Origin: an uncultured Chthoniobacter sp.
GTDB taxonomy: Bacteria; Verrucomicrobiota; Verrucomicrobiia; Chthoniobacterales; Chthoniobacteraceae
Direction of reading: 5' to 3'
NCBI GenBank assembly: GCA_964415705.1
Contig: CAYQBV010000001.1
Location: 1-61,538, forward strand
DNA length: 61,538 nt
In this document: positions 22,962-31,249 of the stretch, one piece after another
How the letters are laid out: every line of letters starts with the position of its first letter
How positions within the stretch are numbered: position 1 is the stretch's first letter
Made by a program: the position numbers and the translations under genes
Notes under the pieces: model-generated
Told to the model about the DNA's origin: nothing
The model's database searches: none
Seen by the model: the letters and a program-made list of their open reading frames with translations, nothing else

Positions 22962-24577
22962 TCGACCACGACCAGCTTGACGTGCTGGAGGCCGACTGGT
23001 TGGAGAGCCCGGAAGCCTTCGCGTCGTGCTTTCAGATCCCCGACAAGAACACCCGCGTCGTCGACTTCGACTGCTCGCCGCCGCAGCGCCAAGCCCTCCA
23101 GCTTCTGGAGCGCGCGCAGAAGTCCATCATCCTCAAGGGTCGCCAGATGTGGATCACGACGATCCTGCTGGTCTGGCAGTTGCGCCTCTGCTACTTCCAG
23201 CCGGGCGCAACGTGCGTGGTGGTCCTGCACACGGACAAAAACGCCGCGCTGATGTCGGACCGGCTGCTGACGCTGTATCGCGGCAACCCGATCCTGTGCG
23301 AACTGATGCCGCTGGCGGCAGCGAACGGCCACCGCGTAGCGTTCGAGAACCCAGACCCGAACGGCCCGGCGTCGCAGATCCTGTTCACGACGGCCAATTC
23401 CGAGTTCCTGCGCAGCATCACGGTCAACTTCGCGCACCTGTCGGAAGCCCGCGACTACGACGACCTGGGCGCGACCCTGGCGTCCCTGAAGGTGGCGCCG
23501 GAGGGCGGCATCTGCATCGAGTCGACGGCGGGCGGCGAGGACGACTTCCACGGGATCTGGGTGGACTCGGATCCGATGCTGCCGACCAAGGGCGACTACG
23601 AGCGGATCTTCCTGTGCTGGCGCGACCACCCGGAATACCGCAGCGACGTCGACTTCACCGGCAGGCTTCTGACCGAGGAGGTCGAGTATCTGAAGGCGCA
23701 CGCCCTGAAGCGCGAGGAGGCCAACTGGTGGCTGCGGGAACGCCGCGGGTTGCAGGTGCACAAACGCCACTTGATGCCGCAGGAAAATCCGTCCACCGCG
23801 GATGAGGCGTTCCTGCTGGCCGGCGACAAATTCCTCAAGCGCCGCGTGCCGATGCCGGACAAGGACGGGGTGCCGATCGACGAGTTCGGCGTCATGCGTC
23901 TGCTCAAGTACGACCCGACGCACCAATACGTCGCTGGCATTGACCCTGCGCCCGGCTCAAGCGAACAGGGCGACCCGACCGGCCTGACCATCCTGGACGT
24001 GACGGTGCGCGCGGTCGCGGCGACACAGGAGTTCCGCGAGCCGACGCGAGAGCACGAGGGGCGGACGCGCAAGTTGCTGGCGGAGTACGGCGATCCGGTG
24101 ACGGTCGTGGAAACCGCGAGCGAGGGTCTGGGCCTGTGCGACTTCCTGCGCGGCGCGGGAGTCCCGATGTTCCACATGGTCGCCTACGGCGGCCTGAACC
24201 CTGAACTGCTGCCGCGGCACGGCTGGCGTACCGACGTGCAGACGCGGCCGATTCTGTTTGGCGGCATCTACGAGGCGGCGATCGGGATGAGCCCGTGGAC
24301 GATCGGCTGCCACCGCCTCGTCGGGCAACTGAACGCCCTGTGCTACAACAAGAAAGCGAAGCCGGCGGCGCCAAAGAACGGCCACGACGACTTGGCGGTC
24401 AGTTTCGGCCTCGCGCTCCAGGGCGTCCCGCAAGCACTGCCAGCGCGGCAGAAAGTCCACGAACCCAAGCGCATCGAGAACGCGCTGGAGGCCATGGAGC
24501 GCATCCTGAGCCAGCCGCCCGTCAACGGCGATCGATTCGACGATCCGGGCATGGCGCAACCAGGCGATTACTTTTGA
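22958..24577 (+). CDS. terL: Terminase large subunit
   Basis: IILKGRQMWITT (Walker A variant), AHLSEA (Walker B), IESTAGG, QENP...EAF, YVAGIDPA and HDDLAVSFGLA nuclease motifs. Confidence 0.93.
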   Translation: MIDHDQLDVLEADWLESPEAFASCFQIPDKNTRVVDFDCSPPQRQALQLLERAQKSIILKGRQMWITTILLVWQLRLCYFQPGATCVVVLHTDKNAALMSDRLLTLYRGNPILCELMPLAAANGHRVAFENPDPNGPASQILFTTANSEFLRSITVNFAHLSEARDYDDLGATLASLKVAPEGGICIESTAGGEDDFHGIWVDSDPMLPTKGDYERIFLCWRDHPEYRSDVDFTGRLLTEEVEYLKAHALKREEANWWLRERRGLQVHKRHLMPQENPSTADEAFLLAGDKFLKRRVPMPDKDGVPIDEFGVMRLLKYDPTHQYVAGIDPAPGSSEQGDPTGLTILDVTVRAVAATQEFREPTREHEGRTRKLLAEYGDPVTVVETASEGLGLCDFLRGAGVPMFHMVAYGGLNPELLPRHGWRTDVQTRPILFGGIYEAAIGMSPWTIGCHRLVGQLNALCYNKKAKPAAPKNGHDDLAVSFGLALQGVPQALPARQKVHEPKRIENALEAMERILSQPPVNGDRFDDPGMAQPGDYF

Positions 24578-24625
24578 GTAAATCGCGCAGACTCAATAAT
24601 CAGCAATGCCACCCCCGCAATAGTG

Positions 24626-24676
24626 TTGAAATTCAGCGCCTCCGCCGTGAGCATTCCGGGTGTCGGAGGATGCTCA
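24626..24676 (+). promoter_or_regulatory. Putative late promoter overlapping an RBS-occluding hairpin of the scaffold gene
   Basis: TTGAAA-17 nt-GAGCAT; TGAGCATTC (24648-24656) pairs with GGATGCTCA (24668-24676). Confidence 0.5.
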
Positions 24677-24679
24677 ACG

Positions 24680-25474
24680 ATGGGTTTCATGGCGGACATT
24701 GCGAAGGACCTGGCTGCGGCTGAACCTGCGGTCCCGGCCCCCGAGCCGGTTGCGGCCAGCGCTGAACCTGTGGCTGAGCCGGTTGCGGCTGAGCCCGCGA
24801 CTCCCGCTCCCGCCGCTGTGCCACCGCCCGTGGCCGATGCCGGCGACAAGTCGCCGCGCAACGTGTCGCTCGCCCGCTACAACGAGATGTTCCGCCAGAA
24901 CAAGGCGAATGCGTCCGCGCTGGAGCAGGCCAACGCCCAGATCGCCGCGCTGACGCAGCAGGCACAGCAGTCGATGGCGGCGCAGAAGCCGGCCGCTGCC
25001 GCTGCCGCCGACCAGACGGCCGACAGCACCGGGGACTGGATCCAGACCATGCTGGACGCGGGCGCTGAGTTGCCGCCCGAACTGGTGGCTGGCCTCAAGG
25101 CGTTGCAGCAGAAGATCGACGGCCTGGAGAAGCAGGTTGGCAGCCACGGCCAGCACTTCCAGACGGCGCAGGAGCGTCAGGACAACGTCGACTACGACGC
25201 CGCGTTCACGAAGCTCCAGAATCGTTGCCCGCACATCGCCGCCGATGAACTGACCGAGATGATCGTGGACGGCATGAGCCCGCAGCGCATCGTCGGCTGG
25301 TACGACCAGTACGTTGCGCCGGCACACGCTGCCCAGAAACAGGCATCCGCTCCGGCGCCGAAAGCCGCGCCCCCGCCACGCATCGACGGCCCCGACACCC
25401 CCGGCAAGCCGTCGTCGAACGACGCCACGCCCTGGCGGCAGTGGGCGGATGCCCAACTCATGACCCGCCACTGA
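24680..25474 (+). CDS. Capsid scaffolding protein
   Basis: Ala/Pro/Glu-rich N-terminus, VSLARYNEM, coiled coils; lies immediately before the capsid gene. Confidence 0.8.
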   Translation: MGFMADIAKDLAAAEPAVPAPEPVAASAEPVAEPVAAEPATPAPAAVPPPVADAGDKSPRNVSLARYNEMFRQNKANASALEQANAQIAALTQQAQQSMAAQKPAAAAAADQTADSTGDWIQTMLDAGAELPPELVAGLKALQQKIDGLEKQVGSHGQHFQTAQERQDNVDYDAAFTKLQNRCPHIAADELTEMIVDGMSPQRIVGWYDQYVAPAHAAQKQASAPAPKAAPPPRIDGPDTPGKPSSNDATPWRQWADAQLMTRH

Positions 25475-25497
25475 GAATCTGAGCACGAGGAGACACG

Positions 25498-26913
25498 ATG
25501 GCAGCGAATTCCCAGACGATTGCGGCGGTGATGATCAACGATCGGACGGACCGCCACATCTACAACCTGCTCCAGAACGACGTCACCGCGTGGCGGAGCA
25601 TCCCGATCCAGAAGGTGCAGTGGAGCGGCGACGTCGCCATCTTCGGCGCGCGGGTCGAGCGCAACAAGTCGATCCGCACGGTGTCGGGCACCACGGAGCC
25701 CAAGGCCGGGCAGCAGGGCTTCGTCCGCTTCACGGTCCACGCGAAGAAGGTGCTGGGCAAAGGCCAGATCGACGTCGCGACGATGATGGCGGCGGACGAC
25801 GCGCAGGGCTCGCAGGCCGTCGAGCCGATGGACGAGATCGAAGGCATCATCAACGACTTCCCCAAGAAGATGTCGTTCTACTCCTTCCTCGGCGGTGGCG
25901 GCTTGCAGGCGCTGTCCGGCCTCACGGTCGCGGGTGCGCCGATCGGCCTCATCTGGCAGCGGTCGGCCGTCATCACGGACTACGGCTACACCGGCCGCTT
26001 CAGCGACATCGTGGCGCAGGCGCAGGCTGTGAACTTCGCGCGCTTCATCCGCCTCGACACCTACGTCCAGGTCGGTGCGGACACGCTCATCACGGACCTG
26101 TCCGCTGACCTCATCTCGCTCAACGCGAACATCGACACGTCGGTGCTGCCCGAGGGCGTTCCGTGCGCGGTGCTGCTGGTCGGCGCGGCGTCGCAGGCGT
26201 TCGTGACGAGCACGGTGTCGGGCGACAACACCGCGGGCGACCCGTGCGTGTTCGACCCGGCCGGCGACGAGGTGGGCTCGCTCATCCACGACATGACCGG
26301 CTTCCTGTCGAACCTGACGCAGCCGATCCACTTCGGCAACAACCGCGCCAACGGTGCGACGGACCCGAAGATGCGCCGGCTGCGGTCGAACTTCCTGGTC
26401 TGCGCGAACAACAACGTCCAGGGCGGCGACGTCCTGAGCGGCATCGAAGTCGACAAGATGGCCGCCAAGGTCAAGACGGCGTCCGGCCAGAACCCGGATG
26501 CCTACTGGATGTCGTTCACGACCGCCTTGGCCTTCGCGCAGACGATGGTCGGCACGAACGACGCCAACATGCGCGTGATGGCGCAGGGCAAGGCGCAGAA
26601 GCTCGACGGCGGTGCCCCGCTCGGCGCTCCGGACTCCTCGGATACCGGCTACGGCCGCAGCAACGTGCCGATCCACGGGTCGGTCGACTGCCCGGACGGC
26701 CTGGCGCTGGCGATGCACAACAAGGCGTGGCGCCGCGTGTTCCAGGGCAAGCCCGAAGGCTTCTGGCTGGGTGCCGAGGGTCCGAACAAGGGCGTGCTGA
26801 ACAAGACCCAAGGCGAGTCGCAGTACGAGTTCACGCGCATGATGCTCCCGGAGCAGGTCTGCCTGAACCCGCTGGCGAACGCGCTCCTGATCGGCATCGC
26901 GCCCGTCAGCTAG
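25498..26913 (+). CDS. Major capsid protein
   Basis: 471 aa after the scaffold gene with a strong SD; HK97-like features VPIHGSVDCPDG and C-terminal CLNPLANALL. Confidence 0.82.
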   Translation: MAANSQTIAAVMINDRTDRHIYNLLQNDVTAWRSIPIQKVQWSGDVAIFGARVERNKSIRTVSGTTEPKAGQQGFVRFTVHAKKVLGKGQIDVATMMAADDAQGSQAVEPMDEIEGIINDFPKKMSFYSFLGGGGLQALSGLTVAGAPIGLIWQRSAVITDYGYTGRFSDIVAQAQAVNFARFIRLDTYVQVGADTLITDLSADLISLNANIDTSVLPEGVPCAVLLVGAASQAFVTSTVSGDNTAGDPCVFDPAGDEVGSLIHDMTGFLSNLTQPIHFGNNRANGATDPKMRRLRSNFLVCANNNVQGGDVLSGIEVDKMAAKVKTASGQNPDAYWMSFTTALAFAQTMVGTNDANMRVMAQGKAQKLDGGAPLGAPDSSDTGYGRSNVPIHGSVDCPDGLALAMHNKAWRRVFQGKPEGFWLGAEGPNKGVLNKTQGESQYEFTRMMLPEQVCLNPLANALLIGIAPVS

Positions 26914-26954
26914 TCCGCATCCTGCAAGTGGTCTGAACGTCAAGGAGAGTCGTC

Positions 26955-27509
26955 ATGGCAAATCTGGTTGCAGGGTACCTCGAAGGCGTCGCACCGGTTG
27001 GCGACGCGGGTTCGCCGTACGCGGTCGGTTCCCCGTCCACGGGCACGCCGATTCCGCCCGTCGCGGTGGCGACCGAGGTGGAGAACCTGGTCAACAGCGA
27101 GCCGAGCGACACGTTGCAGGGCATCGAGCGCATCGCCGTGTTCGAGATCGACTGGACGGACATCACCGCCGCGACGAACGTCGAGAGCCTGGGGCCGCTG
27201 TTTCCGGACAACGCCCTCATCATCGGCGCGTTCGCGGACGTGACGGCGGCGTTCACGTCGGCGGCCAGCACGGCGGAAATCGGCCTCGGCTTCACGACCG
27301 ACGCCGCGACCAGCATCCAGAGTTCGGCTGCGGTGTCGGGCGCTCCCTGGTCGACGACCGGCCGCAAGACGCTGACCTTGGCTGCGGCTGCGGCGGGTTC
27401 CGCGATCCTCAAGCTCTCGGCGGAACGTCGTGTGCTGATCACCCGTGGCGTCCAGGCGTTGACGGCCGGTCACATGGTGCTGTTCGTTCGCTGGATCCAG
27501 AGCGTCTAA
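26955..27509 (+). CDS. Capsid decoration or cement-like beta protein
   Basis: Follows the capsid gene; FPDNALIIGAFADVTAAFTS...LTAGHMVLFV. Confidence 0.7.
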   Translation: MANLVAGYLEGVAPVGDAGSPYAVGSPSTGTPIPPVAVATEVENLVNSEPSDTLQGIERIAVFEIDWTDITAATNVESLGPLFPDNALIIGAFADVTAAFTSAASTAEIGLGFTTDAATSIQSSAAVSGAPWSTTGRKTLTLAAAAAGSAILKLSAERRVLITRGVQALTAGHMVLFVRWIQSV

Positions 27510-27529
27510 CCGGCGCAGGCGAGGCTTCT

Positions 27530-28078
27530 GTGGCAGTCGGCTTCGACGACGACGCATTCGGCGGCGAGGACGACGGGACAGACGGCCTGGACGCCCTGAA
27601 GCCGGAGATTGCCCGCAAGCGCCAAGCAGCACAGAAGCCCGACGCCGCGAAGCTCAAGCAGCAGGACCAGCAGATGGGCGGCATGGGCGCTGGCATTGGT
27701 GGCGGCATCGGCTCTATCTGGGGTCCAGTCGGCGGTGCCTTTGGCTCCCAGGCTGGCGGCAACCTCGGCGGCGACATCTCCAAGGTCACGAGCGGGCGCG
27801 GTGGTAGCGTCGTCCCGGAGTACATCAAGGGCGCCTTGATTCCGCTGTACCATCCGCTGTCCGACAATGCGCTGGTCGGTCCCAAGAAGGACGCCAAAGA
27901 AGCCAAAGGAGTGCCGGCCGCCACGATCGGAACCGCCTACCTGTCGCAGCAGGCAAAAAAGAAGCCAGCCGCGCCCGGTAAGACTCCCGAGTCTGCCAGC
28001 ATCAGCGAGATGGGCGACTGGAATTTGCCGCCCGACGACATCGAGTGGAACGACGAGACCTTCGGGCGCACGGTCTGA
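27530..28078 (+). CDS. Hypothetical virion protein with a glycine-zipper segment
   Basis: GGMGAGIGGGIGSIWGPVGGAFGSQAGGNLGG. Confidence 0.65.
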   Translation: MAVGFDDDAFGGEDDGTDGLDALKPEIARKRQAAQKPDAAKLKQQDQQMGGMGAGIGGGIGSIWGPVGGAFGSQAGGNLGGDISKVTSGRGGSVVPEYIKGALIPLYHPLSDNALVGPKKDAKEAKGVPAATIGTAYLSQQAKKKPAAPGKTPESASISEMGDWNLPPDDIEWNDETFGRTV

Positions 28079-28098
28079 TGAGGGCATGGTGAACACGG

Positions 28099-30093
28099 AT
28101 GCCGCTCGAACTGGTCCGATCGCAACCGACCTACGCCGTCGCGGACGCTGAGCCCGCGTCGCCGGAGCCCTATCGCCCGGACCCGAACGACCCGCCGAGC
28201 CTGACGCCGCAGCAAATCGCGCAGTTCGCCCAGCAGTTCTACGACGAGAGCCAGCCGCACCGTCGCCTCTGGTGCCTCTGCGCCGACGTGATGGACGGCT
28301 TCATGGGCCAGTACGGCTCGGAATCCATGGTCCGCGCCGGCTTGGAGATGGCGTACTTCAACCGGCCGCGCGACATCTCGTTCAACATCACGCAGCCGCA
28401 GTTCCGCAATGCGAGTGCGCGCTTGGAGACCGAGATTCCGTCGTGGGGGTCGCGCGCCGCCAGCAACAGCGTCGACGACCTGGCGAAGTCGCAGGCGGCC
28501 GAGCAGATGCTGACGTACCACTACGTCGAAGACGAGGTGAAGTACAAACTCGGCAAGGTCGTCGACTGGGAAATCATCTTCGGCACCTCTGCCGTGCTGA
28601 CCGCGATGAAGGGCGACGACGTGGTGCAGGAGCCGTTCGGCCCCGACTGCATCCGCGCCGAGCCCGGCATCCTCGACCCCGACGACAGTCGGTTTCTCGG
28701 CGTCACGCGCATCACGACCCGCGCGGCGCTCAACCGGAAGTTCCCAGGGCACGAGGCGGAGGTCATGCAGGCCCCGGTGCCGACGCGGCAGGATACCTGG
28801 TGGGGCGGCGAGTCGCGCCTGCCGCCCGACCGCGTGGAAGTGCTGGAGGTCTACTGCCGGAGCGGCCACTGGTTTTTGCTGTGCGGCTCGGCGGGGACAG
28901 TGCTGGCTCACGGCAAGACGCCGATGAAGTGCATGCCGGTGCAGATCTTCCGCTACACGGCGCTGCCGTACCGCTTCTTCGGCATGGGCATGGTCGAGCA
29001 GGCGATTCCGGCGCAGTACGCCTACTCGGCCTCGTGGAACCAGATCCTGACGAACGCGCGGCTGATGAGCCAGCCGAAGATCCTCATCCACGAGAACTCT
29101 GGCGTGGCCGAGGACGCCTTCACGAGTCGCGCGGGCGAGAAGGTTTCCTGGCGAAATCACAAGCCGGAGCCGTGGCACGGGCAGTCACTGCCGCAGTACG
29201 CGCAGCAGTTGCCGGCGACGTCGCAGTCCGCCCTTTGGGACGCCACCGGAATGCACGCGGCGTCGGGCGGCAAGCGGACGCCTGGCCTGACGACCGGCGT
29301 GGCGATCGAGGCCATCGTTTCGCAGGACGAGGTGCAGTTCGGTGTCACCAAGCGCGACATCAAGCGCAACGTGGAGCGGATGGGCAAGTGCGCGCTGCTC
29401 TACATGCAGGCGTACTACCCGGACGAGAAGATCATCCGGCAGTTCGACCGCTACGGCTCGGCCATCGCCGTCGAGTTGAAGGCGACCGACCTGGCGGACA
29501 ACCCGCAGGTGTTCGTGGAAGCCGACACGCTGTTCAAGGACGACGTGACGGCGCGGCAGGAGCGCGTCATGGAGTTCGCGCGGATGGGGGCAATCCCGCC
29601 GGCGCTGGCGATCCAGATGCTCCAGCAGAACATCGACCCCCTGAAGCCGCAGAAGCCGATCTCGGATTTCGTCGAGGCCAAGCGCGCCCTGGAAGCCGTC
29701 ATCGCGCAGGGCTTCGCCATCCAAGACGCCACGCGCCCGCCGATGCTGGACGGCCAGCCGGCGATGCGGAAGACGGTCCGGTTCTACCCGACGGACAACT
29801 TCCGCGTGTTCGCCGACGTCGTGCGGCAGTTCATCCGGTCCGACCAGTTCTACCAGCTGGCACCGGAGCGCCAGGACGACATCGACGCCTTCTACCGCGA
29901 CATCCTCGCGATGATGGCACCGCCCGCCGAACCACCCGCGCAGCAGATGGGCAAGCCGCCGCAGAAGCCGGGGCTGCCCAAAGGTGCCACGCCGGGCAAC
30001 ACGCCGGGCAACGACGGCGGCGGCGGACCGCGCACGCCGGAGCGCGACGTCGCGTTGCAGGAAGGGCGCGCAGAAGTCGGCGCGGTGATGTAG
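28099..30093 (+). CDS. Portal protein (P22/T7-like)
   Basis: ISFNITQP, FFGMGMVEQ..PAQ, PKILI, ATG......G......TGVAI; 664 aa with a Pro/Gln-rich tail. Confidence 0.88.
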   Translation: MPLELVRSQPTYAVADAEPASPEPYRPDPNDPPSLTPQQIAQFAQQFYDESQPHRRLWCLCADVMDGFMGQYGSESMVRAGLEMAYFNRPRDISFNITQPQFRNASARLETEIPSWGSRAASNSVDDLAKSQAAEQMLTYHYVEDEVKYKLGKVVDWEIIFGTSAVLTAMKGDDVVQEPFGPDCIRAEPGILDPDDSRFLGVTRITTRAALNRKFPGHEAEVMQAPVPTRQDTWWGGESRLPPDRVEVLEVYCRSGHWFLLCGSAGTVLAHGKTPMKCMPVQIFRYTALPYRFFGMGMVEQAIPAQYAYSASWNQILTNARLMSQPKILIHENSGVAEDAFTSRAGEKVSWRNHKPEPWHGQSLPQYAQQLPATSQSALWDATGMHAASGGKRTPGLTTGVAIEAIVSQDEVQFGVTKRDIKRNVERMGKCALLYMQAYYPDEKIIRQFDRYGSAIAVELKATDLADNPQVFVEADTLFKDDVTARQERVMEFARMGAIPPALAIQMLQQNIDPLKPQKPISDFVEAKRALEAVIAQGFAIQDATRPPMLDGQPAMRKTVRFYPTDNFRVFADVVRQFIRSDQFYQLAPERQDDIDAFYRDILAMMAPPAEPPAQQMGKPPQKPGLPKGATPGNTPGNDGGGGPRTPERDVALQEGRAEVGAVM

Positions 30094-30120
30094 GCTCCCA
30101 GCCAGAAGTGAGGTGACGTC

Positions 30121-30300
30121 GTGGCCGAGAAGAAGATGAAGAAGGAGACGGTGCAGGCCATCGCGGCGAAGCGCCTGGCGGCCATGCGGGAGAAGAAGGA
30201 CGACGACGACGCTCCGGCACCCGGCAAGCCGCCGATGCACATGCCCGCGCCCGGTGCCGGTGAAGTCAAGGTGACGGTCTGCATTCCGACCGGGAAGTGA
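30121..30300 (+). CDS. Small Lys-rich protein (59 aa, below the ORF-track cut-off)
   Basis: SD GAGGTG; GTG start, MAEKKMKKE...TGK, TGA stop. Confidence 0.65.
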   Translation: MAEKKMKKETVQAIAAKRLAAMREKKDDDDAPAPGKPPMHMPAPGAGEVKVTVCIPTGK

Positions 30301-30304
30301 AACC

Positions 30305-31165
30305 GTGAACACGTCGCAACTTGCCGCCTACATGCGCAGAATCATCGACGATCCAGGAGTCGTCGGCTTCCCGTATTCGCTCCAGGGCACGTTTCTGGAG
30401 ATCGCCTACTACGAGTGGCGCGCGTACTGCCCCGAGGAGATGTTCGAGGTCGAGTTCCAGCCGCCGCTTCTGGCCGGTGCCTTCCAGCTGGACCTGGAAA
30501 ACGTCATCTTTGGCGACGCCGCCAACTTGTGGGTCGCGGTCACTGCCTACGTCCTGGGCGACCACGTCCGCACCGCGGCCGGCAACGTCTACGAATGCAC
30601 GACCGCCGGCACGTCGGGAGCGGTCAACCCGGTCGGCACCGGCAGCGCCATCGCGGACGGCACCGTGATCTGGGCCTTCATCGGCACCAACGGCCTTGTG
30701 CGCGCGCAACGCTTCACCCGGGTCATTTCGGTGGACGCCACGACCGGCAACCTGCTGACGGTGTTTCAGCCGGCGTCGAGCTTTGAGAACCTGGGGCAGA
30801 TCAGCGGCTCCGGCCCCGCGTTGGCGTCGAACAAGACGTACTCGGCGCGGTGGTGGCTCGACGGCTACGTGCTGCGGTTCAACGTGCCGGTCACGGGCAC
30901 CATCAAGATCTGGTACATGCCGGACCAGGAAATCAACTGGGCCGCTGCCGTCCAGCCCGGAGCCAACCAGTTCATCAAGGGGCCGGCGCAGTTCCACGAC
31001 ATCATCGCGTTGCTGGCGTCGCAGCAGTACAAGATCAAGGAGGGGCGCGCGAACCCGGCGCTCGACGACCAACTTGCGCGGAAGCTGGCGATGATGGAGC
31101 GGTTCTTTGCTCAGACCCGGAGCGGTCGCGGCTCGCGGTATGTGCAGGACGAGCGGTGGCGCTGA
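30305..31165 (+). CDS. Head-tail adaptor (tail tubular A-like) with an inserted CBM5/12-like module
   Basis: Position after the portal; MRRIIDDP, IKIWY.P, FHDIIAL; insert WVAVTAYVLGDHV...VYEC..AGTSG...DGTVIW. Confidence 0.7.
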   Translation: MNTSQLAAYMRRIIDDPGVVGFPYSLQGTFLEIAYYEWRAYCPEEMFEVEFQPPLLAGAFQLDLENVIFGDAANLWVAVTAYVLGDHVRTAAGNVYECTTAGTSGAVNPVGTGSAIADGTVIWAFIGTNGLVRAQRFTRVISVDATTGNLLTVFQPASSFENLGQISGSGPALASNKTYSARWWLDGYVLRFNVPVTGTIKIWYMPDQEINWAAAVQPGANQFIKGPAQFHDIIALLASQQYKIKEGRANPALDDQLARKLAMMERFFAQTRSGRGSRYVQDERWR

Positions 31166-31167
31166 CC

Positions 31168-31245
31168 ATGCAGACGCTGACCATCATCGTCGCCGTCGCG
31201 GCGGCAATGCTCGCGTTTCTGGGTGTCTGGCTGTGGGCGAGGTGA
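31168..31245 (+). CDS. 25-aa single-pass membrane peptide
   Basis: MQTLTIIVAVAAAMLAFLGVWLWAR exactly fills the gap between the adaptor and nozzle genes. Confidence 0.5.
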   Translation: MQTLTIIVAVAAAMLAFLGVWLWAR

Positions 31246-31249
31246 GCCG

